NCBI GenBank assembly: GCA_022710715.1
Contig: JAKLGJ010000001.1
Span: forward strand, 234,041-298,040
Source: Candidatus Omnitrophota bacterium
GTDB taxonomy: Bacteria; Omnitrophota; Gorgyraeia; Gygaellales; Profunditerraquicolaceae
Direction of reading: 5' to 3'
Length of the DNA stretch: 64,000 bases
Shown: in pieces, positions 1 through 10,374 of the stretch
How positions within the stretch are numbered: the first letter of the stretch is position 1
Layout of the letters: every line of letters starts with the position of its first letter
Made by a program: the position numbers and the translations under genes
Notes under the pieces: generated by a model
Database searches by the model: none
Seen by the model: only the letters and a program-made list of their open reading frames with translations
Told to the model about the DNA's origin: nothing

Positions 1-1846
1 GCCTGACACCATTGCCTCCACGCTTGTGGAATTCGCCTACAAGCGTCAGGATAACGCGCAGGCTGAAGGAGATTTTACCCGCCGGGGCAATCTGCTCGAT
101 GTTTTTCCTTCCACCTTCGAACTTCCCATCCGCATTGAATTCGACGGCGACACTATCGTTTCCATCAAGACCTATGATCCGGTCCGGGGCGCTTCGCTCT
201 GGGATCACCGGATGCTCATCATCCTGCCCATCAAGAAAGTCTCTTCCGCCAAGGCCAGCTTCGGCGAGCAGTTTCCGCTGGATAATTTCGTAGACATCGC
301 TCTCGGCGATTATGTGGTGCATAACCAGTACGGCATCGGCCGCTTTAAAGGCATCGAGAAGATCAAGAAGGGCGATAAATCCAAAGATTTCCTGGTGCTG
401 GAATATGACCGCCAGGAAAAATTGTACGTGCCGGTAGACAAGATGCATCTGGTGCAGAAGTATATCGCTTTTCACATGCGCCGGCCCAAGCTGCACCGGC
501 TGGGCGGCAAAGAGTGGCAGCGGATCAAGAATCGCACCCGGAAAGGGATACAGAAACTGGCCTGGGACCTGTTGAGCCTGCAGGCAATGCGCATGAGCGC
601 TCAAGGATTCGCTTTTGCCCGGGATACCGAGTGGCAGGGGCAGTTCGAGAAAACCTTCCTCTACCGGGAGACCCCGGATCAGCTGACGGTTACCACCCAG
701 GTAAAGGCGGATATGGAAGCGGCTCGTCCGATGGACCGTTTGATCTGCGGCGATGTCGGTTACGGCAAGACCGAGGTGGCCATGCGCGCCGCTTTCAAGG
801 CGGTAATGGATAATAAACAGGTGGCTTATCTGGTGCCGACGACCATTCTGGCGGAGCAGCATTACAAGAATTTCACCCGGAGGCTCAAGGATTTTCCGGT
901 GAACGTGTCGATGCTCTCACGTTTCCGCACCCCGGGCCAGCAGCAGGAAATCGTCAAAGGGCTCGCCGCCGGCAGCGTGGATATCATCATCGGCACGCAC
1001 CGGCTCCTCTCGGATGACGTTTACTTCAAGGACCTGGGGCTGGTGATCATCGACGAGGAACAGCGCTTCGGCGTGCAGGCCAAAGAGAAACTCAAAAAAC
1101 TGCGTTTAAGCACGGATGTGATCACTCTGACCGCAACGCCCATACCGCGCACTCTCTACATGAGCCTGATGGGAGCCAAGGATTTGTCGGTGATCAATAC
1201 TCCTCCGGAAAATCGTTTGCCGATAAAAACGATAGTGGTAGAATATGATGAGGAGTTGCTGCGCCAGGCTCTGGTTCAGGAGCTTAACCGTAAAGGGCAG
1301 ATTTATTTCCTGCATAACCGGGTACACGATATACACAGGATACGTGACCGGCTGGCGGCATTGTTGCCTTCCGGAACGCGGCTGGCCGTGGCCCACGGCC
1401 AGATGCCCTCGCGCGAGCTTGAGCAGGTAATGGCGGATTTTCTGGACGGCAAGGTCGATGTCATACTCTGCACCATGATCATCGAGTCCGGTATCGATAT
1501 TCCCAATGCCAATACCCTGATCGTACACAACGCGCATACGTTCGGTTTATCCGATTTGCATCAGCTCCGGGGCAGGGTGGGCAGGTTCGACCGGCCGGCG
1601 TACGCTTATTTCACCGTGCCGCCTTCCGGGGTCCTTTCCACGGCAGCCCGGAAACGGCTGACCGCGCTGCAGGAATACACTCAATTGGGCGCGGGTTTCA
1701 AGATCGCCATGGAGGATCTCGAGATCAGGGGCGCGGGGAATCTGCTGGGCATTCAACAGCACGGTTTCATCAATGCAGTGGGATTTGACCTGTACTGCAG
1801 ATTATTAAAAGAAGCGATCGCAACTTTGAAGAAGGTGGTTAAATGA
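1..1846 (+). CDS. mfd: Transcription-repair coupling factor Mfd, C-terminal about 600 aa; the 5' end is outside the window.
   Basis: Superfamily-2 helicase motifs are present ([52 protein letters not shown]) and the TRCF C-terminal domain follows. The ORF runs from the window edge; the M at 26 is probably internal. Confidence 0.9.
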   Translation, partial: PDTIASTLVEFAYKRQDNAQAEGDFTRRGNLLDVFPSTFELPIRIEFDGDTIVSIKTYDPVRGASLWDHRMLIILPIKKVSSAKASFGEQFPLDNFVDIALGDYVVHNQYGIGRFKGIEKIKKGDKSKDFLVLEYDRQEKLYVPVDKMHLVQKYIAFHMRRPKLHRLGGKEWQRIKNRTRKGIQKLAWDLLSLQAMRMSAQGFAFARDTEWQGQFEKTFLYRETPDQLTVTTQVKADMEAARPMDRLICGDVGYGKTEVAMRAAFKAVMDNKQVAYLVPTTILAEQHYKNFTRRLKDFPVNVSMLSRFRTPGQQQEIVKGLAAGSVDIIIGTHRLLSDDVYFKDLGLVIIDEEQRFGVQAKEKLKKLRLSTDVITLTATPIPRTLYMSLMGAKDLSVINTPPENRLPIKTIVVEYDEELLRQALVQELNRKGQIYFLHNRVHDIHRIRDRLAALLPSGTRLAVAHGQMPSRELEQVMADFLDGKVDVILCTMIIESGIDIPNANTLIVHNAHTFGLSDLHQLRGRVGRFDRPAYAYFTVPPSGVLSTAARKRLTALQEYTQLGAGFKIAMEDLEIRGAGNLLGIQQHGFINAVGFDLYCRLLKEAIATLKKVVK

Positions 1847-2769
1847 ACAGATACGCTCGATGTATCCGGTATGGCATGATTGGCGGCGTGGCCCTGTGTT
1901 TATTGTGCGCCGCGGTTCCGTCCGTCCGCGCGCAGGACAGTATTGTGGCGGTGGTCAATAACGAAATTATCACCCAGAAGGATCTGGATGATTTCATGAA
2001 TTTTATGCGCATTCAACTCTCCAGCCAGTATCAGGGGGAGAGCCTTGAACGCAAGATCAAATCGATGAAGTCGGATCTTTTGCAGCGGTTGATCGAAGAT
2101 CGCCTGTTGCTGCAGGAAGCGCATAAGAGCGGCATTACGGTGGAAGACGCCCGGATCAAGGCGAAGATCCAGGAACTCAAAAAGAACTATTCTTCCGACC
2201 GGGAATTCGAGGAAGGGCTCCTGTCGCAGGGGATGACCCAGCAGAGCCTGGAAAAAAAGATGCGCGACCAGATGCTTATCTATACGGTGATCGAACAGAA
2301 GGTCAAAGGAAAGATCGTCAGCCGTCCTTCGGAAATCACCGAGTATTACAATCAGCATCCGGGCGGGTTTATCGTTCCCGAGAGAAGGGAATTCATCTCG
2401 GCGATGGTCACGGACAAAGGTATGGTCGAAGATATCGACGAACTGTTAGCCGAAGGCAAGACGCTGGACGCTATCTGTCAGGAATATTCGCTCAAACTCA
2501 ACAGTTTCATCGCTTCCAAAGGCGGTGAATTGAGGAAAGAGATCGAGGATGTGGTGTTTACCCTCAACGTCGGCCAGACCTCCGGGGCGATCCTGATCGG
2601 ATCGACGTATTACTATTTCCGGGTGAATCAGATCTTCCCGGCCCGTCAGCAGGAATTGAAGGAAGTCCAGAGCGAAATCGCGACCATGCTCTATGAAAAA
2701 AGACTTCAGGAGGGCGTGATCAGCCTGCTCGAAGAACTTAAGAAGCACGCCTACATCCGCATTATCTAA
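1843..2769 (+). CDS. surA: SurA-like periplasmic chaperone / peptidyl-prolyl isomerase family protein. It is short and looks like the SurA N-terminal chaperone domain.
   Basis: N-terminal signal peptide. Its start overlaps the mfd stop (ATGA). It sits upstream of pdxA and rsmA as in the classical surA-pdxA-ksgA operon. The SurA_N-like region reads VVNNEIITQKDLD. No obvious second parvulin domain. Confidence 0.6.
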   Translation: MNRYARCIRYGMIGGVALCLLCAAVPSVRAQDSIVAVVNNEIITQKDLDDFMNFMRIQLSSQYQGESLERKIKSMKSDLLQRLIEDRLLLQEAHKSGITVEDARIKAKIQELKKNYSSDREFEEGLLSQGMTQQSLEKKMRDQMLIYTVIEQKVKGKIVSRPSEITEYYNQHPGGFIVPERREFISAMVTDKGMVEDIDELLAEGKTLDAICQEYSLKLNSFIASKGGELRKEIEDVVFTLNVGQTSGAILIGSTYYYFRVNQIFPARQQELKEVQSEIATMLYEKRLQEGVISLLEELKKHAYIRII

Positions 2770-2773
2770 AACG

Positions 2774-3730
2774 ATGAAACCACTGCGCATCGGCATAACC
2801 ATGGGCGATCCGTCGGGTATCGGTCCGGAGATCCTGGGAAAGATCCTGCGTCTTCCCGGGGCGCAGGTGCGCGATTGTTTGATCATCGGCGATCGCTGGG
2901 TTATGGAGCAGGCCGCAGGCAGGCGGCAGCGGCCGGTTGCCGGGCAATTCCTGGATGTGTCCAACGTCAAACGCGCGTCATTCCGTTTCGGCCGCGTGCA
3001 GGCTGTTTACGGAAAAGCCTCCATGGAATACCTGGATACGGCGCTGGCGTTGCTCGCCGAAGGCACGATCGACTGCCTGGTGACCTGTCCGATCTCCAAA
3101 GAAGCGGTGCATCTCGCGGGATACCGCCATTTCAGCGGACATACCGAATATCTCGCCGCCCGAAGCGGTTCGCAGGATACGGTGATGATGCTGCTCAACG
3201 ATTGCCTGAAGTTCAGCCTGGTCACCCGGCATATCCCTCTGGAGAACGTCGCCGCAGCGCTCAAGCCCCGGGATATCCGTTTCGTGGTGCGTACAACCCA
3301 CGAGTCGTTGCAAACGCTTTTTTCCATCCGCCGGCCCCGTCTGGGCGTCTGCGCCGTGAATCCGCATGCTTCGGACAACGGATTGATCGGCGATCAGGAG
3401 AACCGCGTCCTCAAGCCGGTCATCCGCGGTTTGCAGAAGCGATATAAGGGCGTCTGCGGCCCGGAGCCCGCGGACAGCGCCATCGCCAAAGCGGTCAAAG
3501 GCGGCTACGACGCGTTGATCGCCATGTATCACGATCAGGCGCTTATTCCGCTTAAACTCACCGGCGCGCAGAGCGGCGTGAACATCACCCTGGGATTACC
3601 GTATGTCCGGACTTCGCCCTTACACGGCACCGCCTTTGATATTGCCGGCAAAGGCGTAGCCGATCCGTCTTCGTTGCTGGCAGCCATCCGTCGAGCCCGT
3701 CAATGCGCGCACGCCCTAAAAAAAGCCTAG
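2774..3730 (+). CDS. pdxA: 4-hydroxythreonine-4-phosphate dehydrogenase PdxA.
   Basis: MKPLRIGITMGDPSGIGPEI N-terminus. The C-terminal region reads GLPYVRTSPLHGTAFDIAGKGVADPSSL, which is typical of the PdxA family. Confidence 0.85.
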   Translation: MKPLRIGITMGDPSGIGPEILGKILRLPGAQVRDCLIIGDRWVMEQAAGRRQRPVAGQFLDVSNVKRASFRFGRVQAVYGKASMEYLDTALALLAEGTIDCLVTCPISKEAVHLAGYRHFSGHTEYLAARSGSQDTVMMLLNDCLKFSLVTRHIPLENVAAALKPRDIRFVVRTTHESLQTLFSIRRPRLGVCAVNPHASDNGLIGDQENRVLKPVIRGLQKRYKGVCGPEPADSAIAKAVKGGYDALIAMYHDQALIPLKLTGAQSGVNITLGLPYVRTSPLHGTAFDIAGKGVADPSSLLAAIRRARQCAHALKKA

Positions 3731-4488
3731 GCCAGAACTTCCTGGTCGATCCGCATACGCAGCGTAAAATTTTCAACGCCTGCGGTTTCAAGGATTCCGA
3801 TAGCGTGGTCGAGATCGGGCCGGGCAAAGGGGCAATGACCAAATTGCTCGCGCCGGCGGTGCGGCATGTCTATGCCATCGATCTTGACGCCGGCCTGGTA
3901 GAGATGTTACAGCGGGAGTACGGCCAGGCGGGCAACGTTACGATCATCCATCACGACATTCTCACCTTTGATCTCTCCCCGGTTATCGCCGCGGCGAAAA
4001 AGAAGATCGTTGTTTTCGGCAATATCCCGTACTATATCACCACGCCGATCATCGAATATCTGTTTGAATACCGCCGGCATATCGACACGGTCTTTTTGAC
4101 CATACAGAAGGAGGTGGCTGACCGTATCTGCGCTGAACCCGGAAGCAAGATCTACGGTTCGTTAAGCTGTTTTGTCCAGTATTACGCGCACGCCTCAAAG
4201 CTGGTCAGGATCCCCCGCGGCTGCTTTTATCCCATCCCCAAAGTCGATTCCTGCTGTATCCGTTTGCAGATGCTGCCTGAACCTTCGGTGAGGGTGAAGG
4301 ATGAGGTGGCGTTCTTCGATCTCATCCACGCGGCTTTCCAGCAGCGGCGCAAGACGTTGCGTAACAGCCTCAAGGAGATTATTCCCGAGGATAAACTTGA
4401 CGCGTTCTTCCGCTCGCGCGGGATTTTTCCTTTGATCCGGCCGGAAAAATTGAGCCTGGAGAACTTTGCCGCCCTGGCCAACCTGTAA
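3703..4488 (+). CDS. rsmA: 16S rRNA (adenine1518/1519-N6)-dimethyltransferase RsmA/KsgA.
   Basis: SLGQNFLVD motif, SAM-binding VVEIGPGKGAMT, and FGNIPYYITTPI. It overlaps the 3' end of pdxA. Confidence 0.9.
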   Translation: MRARPKKSLGQNFLVDPHTQRKIFNACGFKDSDSVVEIGPGKGAMTKLLAPAVRHVYAIDLDAGLVEMLQREYGQAGNVTIIHHDILTFDLSPVIAAAKKKIVVFGNIPYYITTPIIEYLFEYRRHIDTVFLTIQKEVADRICAEPGSKIYGSLSCFVQYYAHASKLVRIPRGCFYPIPKVDSCCIRLQMLPEPSVRVKDEVAFFDLIHAAFQQRRKTLRNSLKEIIPEDKLDAFFRSRGIFPLIRPEKLSLENFAALANL

Positions 4489-4530
4489 ATGCCTTTTTAA
4501 GAAAGCAGTTCCATCTCCGCTTAATTTCTT

Positions 4531-4561
4531 TTGACAACAAAGGTGAAATTATATATACTAT
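4531..4561 (+). promoter_or_regulatory. Sigma70-like promoter upstream of pgk-tpiA-secG.
   Basis: TTGACA, a 17-nt spacer, then TATATA/TATACT. A GAGGAGG ribosome-binding site follows, 6 nt before the pgk ATG. Confidence 0.5.
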
Positions 4562-4587
4562 TCTTCTACTTTATGAGGAGGTAACCC

Positions 4588-5769
4588 ATGGCTAAAATGA
4601 CTGTTAGAGATCTCGATCTTAAAGGAAAAACCGTGCTGATGCGCGCGGATTTCAATGTGCCGCTGGACGCCAATCTGGCGATCACCGATGATACCCGCAT
4701 CCGCGAAACCGTGCCTACGATCAAATTTATCCTGGAGAAGGGCGCGAAGAAGCTGGTGTTGATGAGCCATCTGGGACGCCCGGACGGCAAGCGCGTGGAC
4801 AAATACAGCCTGAAACCCGTCGCCCAGCGCCTGGAAGAGCTGGCCGGCACCAAAGTCGCTTTTTTGAACGATTGCATAGGTGAAGAAGTCAAGAAAGGCG
4901 TGGCCGCGGCTTCCGAGAAGATCGTGCTGCTGGAAAATCTGCGCTATTACGCCCAGGAAGAGGGAAATGATCCGGAATTCGCCAGGCAACTGGCCGGTCT
5001 CGCGGAAGTGTTCGTCAACGACGCATTCGGCACCGCGCACCGGGCGCACGCTTCTACCGCGGGAGTGAACAAATACCTGAAATCTGCGGCAGGCCTGCTG
5101 CTTGAAAAAGAGATCAAATATTTAGGCGACGCGGTGGCTGATCCCGCCAAGCCTTTCATGGTGATCCTGGGCGGTTCCAAGGTGTCGGATAAGATCGGGG
5201 TGATCGATAATCTTTTGCCCAAATGCGATGCGATCATCGTAGGCGGCGGCATGGCCTATACTTTCCTGAAGGCGCAGGGCAAGTCCATCGGCAATTCCAA
5301 GCTGGAAAAAGACAAGATCGACCTGGCCAAGAGCATCCTGGACAAAGCCGCGGCGCAGAAGAAAGAGATCGTGCTTCCGGTCGATCACGTGATCGTGGAT
5401 ACCGTGGATGCCAACGCCAGGACCGAAATCTGCGGGCAGGATATCCCGGACGGCAAGATCGCGGTGGATATCGGACCGAAGACCGTAGAATTGTTCAACC
5501 AGAAATTATCCGCGGCCAGGACTATTGTCTGGAACGGGCCGGTAGGTATTTTTGAAATGGACGCGTTCAGCAAAGGCACCAAAGCGCTGGGCGAGTTCAT
5601 CGGTTCATTGAAGGCAGTAACGATCATCGGCGGCGGAGATACCGCTGCGGCGGTGGCTAAATTCAAATTGCAGGGTAAAATGACGCATATCTCCACCGGC
5701 GGTGGAGCCAGCCTTGAATTCCTGGAGGGTAAAACCCTGCCCGGCATTGCGGCGTTGTCCGACAAATAG
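4588..5769 (+). CDS. pgk: Phosphoglycerate kinase.
   Basis: Full-length PGK with RADFNVP, the hinge, and C-terminal GGGDTAAAV / STGGGASLE motifs. Confidence 0.95.
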   Translation: MAKMTVRDLDLKGKTVLMRADFNVPLDANLAITDDTRIRETVPTIKFILEKGAKKLVLMSHLGRPDGKRVDKYSLKPVAQRLEELAGTKVAFLNDCIGEEVKKGVAAASEKIVLLENLRYYAQEEGNDPEFARQLAGLAEVFVNDAFGTAHRAHASTAGVNKYLKSAAGLLLEKEIKYLGDAVADPAKPFMVILGGSKVSDKIGVIDNLLPKCDAIIVGGGMAYTFLKAQGKSIGNSKLEKDKIDLAKSILDKAAAQKKEIVLPVDHVIVDTVDANARTEICGQDIPDGKIAVDIGPKTVELFNQKLSAARTIVWNGPVGIFEMDAFSKGTKALGEFIGSLKAVTIIGGGDTAAAVAKFKLQGKMTHISTGGGASLEFLEGKTLPGIAALSDK

Positions 5770-5778
5770 AGGAGTTCC

Positions 5779-6552
5779 ATGCGTAAAACAATCATAGCAG
5801 GTAACTGGAAATTATATAAGACCATTCCTGAAGCCATCGAACTGGCTAACGGATTGAAAAGGGAGTTGTTCCAGCTCGACGCCCAGGATATCGAGATCGT
5901 CATCTGTCCGGTGTATACCGCCTTGACCGAGGTTTTCGAGGTGATCCAGAATTCCGCTATCGGTATGGGCGCGCAGGATGCCTACTGGCAGGACGAAGGG
6001 GCTTTTACGGGAGAAGTTTCCTGTAAGATGCTCAAAGACGCCGGGTGTACATACGTGATCATCGGCCATTCCGAACGCAGACAGTTCTTCGGCGAGACCA
6101 ATGAAACCGTGAACAAGAAAGTTAAAGCGGTGCTGGCTGCCGGGTTAACCCCGATCATGTGCGTGGGGGAAACGCTGGCCGAGCGCGAGGCGAATAAGAC
6201 GTTCGCCGTGCTCGAAGATCACGTGGCGGGCGGCCTGAAGGGGTTTTCGGCGGAAGACGCGGTCAAGATCGTGATCGCCTATGAGCCGGTCTGGGCCATC
6301 GGCACGGGAAAGACCGCGACCCCGGCGCAGGCGCAGGAAGCGCACGCGTATATCCGCGGTTTGCTGGCGAAATTATATTCTAAAGAAGTTGCTGCGAAAA
6401 TGAGAATTCAATACGGTGGATCGGTGAAGCCGGATAATATCGAGGAACTTATGCATCAGCCGGATGTAGACGGCGCGCTGGTCGGCGGAGCGAGCCTGAA
6501 GGTTGATTCATTTGCGGATATTGTGAAGAAAGCAGCCAAGATAAGAAAGTAA
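5779..6552 (+). CDS. tpiA: Triosephosphate isomerase.
   Basis: Motifs AGNWKLY, IIGHSERR, AYEPVWAIGTGKTAT and QYGGSV. Confidence 0.95.
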   Translation: MRKTIIAGNWKLYKTIPEAIELANGLKRELFQLDAQDIEIVICPVYTALTEVFEVIQNSAIGMGAQDAYWQDEGAFTGEVSCKMLKDAGCTYVIIGHSERRQFFGETNETVNKKVKAVLAAGLTPIMCVGETLAEREANKTFAVLEDHVAGGLKGFSAEDAVKIVIAYEPVWAIGTGKTATPAQAQEAHAYIRGLLAKLYSKEVAAKMRIQYGGSVKPDNIEELMHQPDVDGALVGGASLKVDSFADIVKKAAKIRK

Positions 6553-6562
6553 AGGTGGAATT

Positions 6563-6904
6563 ATGATGGGATTAGTGATTGCGATACATGTGATTTCCTG
6601 TGTGATATTGATTACCATCGTTCTGGTGCAGCGGGGCAGAGGCGGCGGCTTCGTGGAAAATCTCTCCGGCCTGGAAAACATGTTCGGGACCAAGACCAGC
6701 GCGATCCTCACCAAAGCTACGACGATCTGCGCGGTGGTGTTTTTCATCACCTGCCTGCTTCTGGCTCTGCAGGGGGTTAATCGCAGCCGTTCTCTGATGG
6801 AGGGCGTGCGTCCGGCACCGGCTTCAGCTCCAGTTTCAGCTCCGGTTCCAGCTTCAACTCCAACTCCAGCACCGACAGAAGCAACTCCGGCAGCCTCTAA
6901 ATAA
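6563..6904 (+). CDS. secG: Preprotein translocase subunit SecG with a low-complexity Pro/Ala/Ser/Thr C-terminal tail.
   Basis: Two transmembrane segments. The conserved LVQRGRGGG loop is present. It sits downstream of tpiA, which is conserved synteny. The tail reads PAPASAPVSAPVPASTPTPAPTEATPAASK. Confidence 0.8.
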   Translation: MMGLVIAIHVISCVILITIVLVQRGRGGGFVENLSGLENMFGTKTSAILTKATTICAVVFFITCLLLALQGVNRSRSLMEGVRPAPASAPVSAPVPASTPTPAPTEATPAASK

Positions 6905-6932
6905 GCAGGCCGGGCAACGGTTTCTAAAAACC

Positions 6933-8573
6933 TTGACCAATTATTTCGCGTATTTAAACCTGAAAAGACTACCAGCTCTGCTGGTAGTCTTTTTGCTTGC
7001 GGTCATTCTGCCGATCGTCCGGGCTGCCTGGGGTTTCGCGCAGGAGCCGGACCGGGGCGACGCCATTGTCAGCGGTTCGATTGCTGACGCCAGCACGCTC
7101 ATTCCCATTCTGGCTTCGGATTCCGCTTCCAGCGAAGTGTGCGGGCTGCTCTACAACGGTCTGGTAAAATATGACAAGGATCTGCAGCTGGTCGGCGATC
7201 TCGCTGAAAGCTGGGAGATACAGGATGAGGGTCTGACCATCGTTTTTCATCTGCGCCGCAATGTCGTCTGGCACGACGGCCGGCCGTTCACCGCCCGCGA
7301 CGTGGAATTTACCTATCAGAAGCTGATCGATCCGCAGGTGCGCACTCCGTACGGCGGAGATTTCGAGCGGGTTAAAGCGCTGGAAGTCCCGGATGAGTTC
7401 ACGGTGCGGGTTACGTACAAAGAAGCTTTTGCTCCGGCGCTGTCCAGCTGGGGCATGCCCATACTGCCCAGGCACGTCCTGGAAAAAGAGGATCTTAATA
7501 CCACGCGTTTTGCCCGCCAGCCGATCGGCCTGGGGCCGTACCGGTTCAAGTCCTGGAAAACCCAGGAAAAGATCGAGTTGATTTCCAATCCGGCGTATTT
7601 CGAGCATCAGCCGTTTATCGACCGGGCGATTTACCGGGTGATCCCGGATGTGTCCACCATTTTTCTCGAGCTGCAGACCCAGGGGCTGGATTCCGCGGGT
7701 CTGACCCCGCTGCAATTCACCCGGCAGACCGATACCGCTTTTTTCAAAACGCACTATCGAAAGTTCCGGCTCCCCAGCTTTACCTACGTCTATCTCGGCT
7801 ACAATCTGGACCATCCTTTTTTCAGGGATAAGAAAGTCCGTCAGGCGTTGAATCATGCCGTGGACAAGGACGAGATCATCCGCATCGTGCATCTGGGGCT
7901 GGGCACGGTCTGCACCGGTCCGTTCATTCCCGGATCATGGGCGTACAATGACCGGGTCAAGCCTGCGGCGTTCGCGCCGGCGCTGGCGCGGCAATTGCTG
8001 GCGGAGGCGGGCTGGCGGGATACTGACGCCGACGGTTGGCTGGATAAAGAGGGTAAACCGTTCTCTTTTACCGTTATCACCAATCAGGGGAACGAGGAGC
8101 GCATCCGCAGCGCGGAGATCATCCAGCGCAGGCTTAAAGAAATCGGCGTAGAGATGAAGATCAAGGTGCTGGAATGGAGCGTGTTCATCCACCAGTTCGT
8201 GAACAAACGGAAGTTCGAGGCGGTCATCCTGGGATGGTCCCTGCCGCGGGAGCCGGATAACTTCGACATCTGGCATTCTTCCAAGACCAGGGAAGGGGAA
8301 TTCAATTTTGTCGGATACAGCAATCCGGAAGTGGATACTGCCCTGGTGGAAGCCAGAAAGATATTCGATCCGGAAAAGCGCAAGATCTATTATCAGCGCG
8401 TGCACCAGTTGCTGTATGAAGATCAACCGTATATGTTTTTGTACGTACCGGACAGCCTGTCCGTATTGCATAATCGTTTCCGCGGGGTCAAGCCCGCTCC
8501 CGCAGGCATAGGGTATAATTTCATCGACTGGTGGGTGGAGAAGAGCCGGCAGCGTTACCGTCTGACGCCGTGA
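6933..8573 (+). CDS. ABC transporter substrate-binding protein, family 5 (oligopeptide/dipeptide/nickel type).
   Basis: N-terminal signal/anchor sequence. Its length and sequence are typical of SBP family 5 (OppA/DppA-like). It is followed by two permeases and two ATPases. Confidence 0.8.
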   Translation: MTNYFAYLNLKRLPALLVVFLLAVILPIVRAAWGFAQEPDRGDAIVSGSIADASTLIPILASDSASSEVCGLLYNGLVKYDKDLQLVGDLAESWEIQDEGLTIVFHLRRNVVWHDGRPFTARDVEFTYQKLIDPQVRTPYGGDFERVKALEVPDEFTVRVTYKEAFAPALSSWGMPILPRHVLEKEDLNTTRFARQPIGLGPYRFKSWKTQEKIELISNPAYFEHQPFIDRAIYRVIPDVSTIFLELQTQGLDSAGLTPLQFTRQTDTAFFKTHYRKFRLPSFTYVYLGYNLDHPFFRDKKVRQALNHAVDKDEIIRIVHLGLGTVCTGPFIPGSWAYNDRVKPAAFAPALARQLLAEAGWRDTDADGWLDKEGKPFSFTVITNQGNEERIRSAEIIQRRLKEIGVEMKIKVLEWSVFIHQFVNKRKFEAVILGWSLPREPDNFDIWHSSKTREGEFNFVGYSNPEVDTALVEARKIFDPEKRKIYYQRVHQLLYEDQPYMFLYVPDSLSVLHNRFRGVKPAPAGIGYNFIDWWVEKSRQRYRLTP

Positions 8574-8598
8574 TCGCAGGGATGAACGGGGAACAGAT

Positions 8599-9576
8599 AT
8601 GAGCACATACATCATTCGCAGATTGCTGGGCATCATTCCGTTGCTCTTCGGGATCACCGTGGTCAGCTTTTTTATCATCCGCCTTGCTCCGGGCAAACCC
8701 GTGGCGGTGGAACAGTCGTTGAATCCCCGGGTTTCGCCGGAATTGCGGCTGCGGCTGGAGAAACAGTTCGGTCTGGATAAACCCCTGCATGTGCAATATC
8801 TGATCTGGATGAAACAGATCGTCAGACTGGATTTCGGCAGGTCGTATATCGACAGCCGGCCGGTAATGGAGAAGATCGCCGAGCGTATTCCGTTGACCCT
8901 GGGGTTGAATCTGGCTGCCCTGGTGCTGATTTTCCTGATCGCTGTACCCCTGGGCGTGCGCAGCGCGATCAAAGCCGATTCAGCTTTTGATCATTCAGTC
9001 ACTTTTTTAAGCTTCCTGTTCTTCGCCGCGCCCACCTTCTGGCTGGCGCTTCTGTTCATGCAATTCTTCTCCATTCAATTAGGGTGGTTTCCCATTTCCG
9101 GGTTGACTTCCCTGGATTTCGAGTATTTCTCGGCGTGGGGCAAGGCCGGGGATAGTATCCGGCATCTCTTCCTGCCGGTGTTTGTGGCAGCGATCGGCGG
9201 TTTTGCGGGTTTGACCCGGTATATGCGCTCGAATATGATCGAAGCCCTGCGCCAGCCGTATATCGCCACTGCCCGGGCCAAAGGACTGCCGGAATCGGCG
9301 GTTCTCTACAGCCATGCTTTGCGCAACGCGCTTTTGCCGGTGGTGACTATTCTGGGATTGTCTATTCCCGGTTTGCTGGGCGGCAGCGTGATCTTCGAGT
9401 CGATTTTCGCGCTGCCGGGTATCGGCAGGCTTTTTTATGAAGCGGTGATGACCCGGGATTATCCGTTGATCATGGCGGAAGTGGTGATCACCGCGGTTCT
9501 GACCATGCTCGGCAACCTGATCGCGGATATTTCCTATGCCTGCGTCGATCCGCGGATAAGCTATAAAGAGAGATGA
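8599..9576 (+). CDS. ABC transporter permease (OppB/DppB-like).
   Basis: Six-TM BPD_transp_1 permease carrying the EAA-like loop YIATARAKGL. Confidence 0.85.
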   Translation: MSTYIIRRLLGIIPLLFGITVVSFFIIRLAPGKPVAVEQSLNPRVSPELRLRLEKQFGLDKPLHVQYLIWMKQIVRLDFGRSYIDSRPVMEKIAERIPLTLGLNLAALVLIFLIAVPLGVRSAIKADSAFDHSVTFLSFLFFAAPTFWLALLFMQFFSIQLGWFPISGLTSLDFEYFSAWGKAGDSIRHLFLPVFVAAIGGFAGLTRYMRSNMIEALRQPYIATARAKGLPESAVLYSHALRNALLPVVTILGLSIPGLLGGSVIFESIFALPGIGRLFYEAVMTRDYPLIMAEVVITAVLTMLGNLIADISYACVDPRISYKER

Positions 9577-10370
9577 TGAAGCGTAATCCGTATCTGAAGA
9601 TCGGTTTGACCATTATCGGGCTGCTCATGCTGATCACGCTCTTCGCCCCGTGGCTGCGCAGCGCGGATCCGGCGCAGATCGACGCGGCGCAGCTGCTCAT
9701 GCCGCCTTCTTCAGCGCATCCTTTCGGCACCGACCAGCTGGGGCGCGACCTGTTGACCCGGATTATCTATGGCGCGCGCATTTCGTTGAGTATCGGCTTC
9801 ATTGCCATGGGTATCGCCGTGGCCGTGGGTATTCTGCTGGGTTCACTGGCCGGTTTTTACGGCCGCCTGGTGGACACGTTGATCATGCGCTGCGCGGACG
9901 TGATGCTTTGTTTCCCTACGTTCTTCCTGATCCTGGCGGTGGTGGCTTTTCTGGAGCCGTCGATTTTCAATATCATGGCGATCATCGGTTTGACCAGCTG
10001 GATGGGGCCGGCCCGGCTGATACGCGGCGAGATACTTTCTTTGAAAGAGAGGGAATTCATCCAGGCTGAACGCGCTCTGGGCGCGTCCGACGCGCGGATC
10101 ATTCTGCGTCATCTGGTGCCTAACGCTCTGGGGCCGGTGCTGGTCAATGCCACGCTGGGTATCAGCGCGGCGATACTGCTGGAAACCGGTTTGAGTTTTC
10201 TGGGGCTGGGGGTGCAGCCTCCGGTGCCCAGCTGGGGTAATATTCTTATCGAAGCCAAATCCACCCTGGGGGTGGCCTGGTGGATCATGATCTTTCCCGG
10301 GCTGGCGATCCTGGTAACCATCCTGGGATTCAATTTTATCGCTGAAGGGTTGAAGAAGATCATCGGTTAA
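9573..10370 (+). CDS. ABC transporter permease (OppC/DppC-like).
   Basis: Its start overlaps the upstream stop (ATGA). OppC-type N-terminus. EAA loop reads ERALGASDARII. Confidence 0.85.
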   Translation: MMKRNPYLKIGLTIIGLLMLITLFAPWLRSADPAQIDAAQLLMPPSSAHPFGTDQLGRDLLTRIIYGARISLSIGFIAMGIAVAVGILLGSLAGFYGRLVDTLIMRCADVMLCFPTFFLILAVVAFLEPSIFNIMAIIGLTSWMGPARLIRGEILSLKEREFIQAERALGASDARIILRHLVPNALGPVLVNATLGISAAILLETGLSFLGLGVQPPVPSWGNILIEAKSTLGVAWWIMIFPGLAILVTILGFNFIAEGLKKIIG

Positions 10371-10374
10371 GCCT

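Noticed and set aside
2875-3447. 190-aa + strand ORF in an alternate frame within pdxA. Similar alternate-frame ORFs occur at 514-813 and 9650-10069.
   Set aside because: These are alternate-frame ORFs inside well-supported genes. Their translations are Arg/Gly/Pro-rich, which is characteristic of out-of-frame reading of GC-rich coding DNA.
6969-8972. Minus-strand ORFs of 307 aa (6969-7892) and 345 aa (7935-8972).
   Set aside because: Both are antisense to the family-5 substrate-binding protein and permease genes, which have clear ABC-transporter signatures on the + strand.
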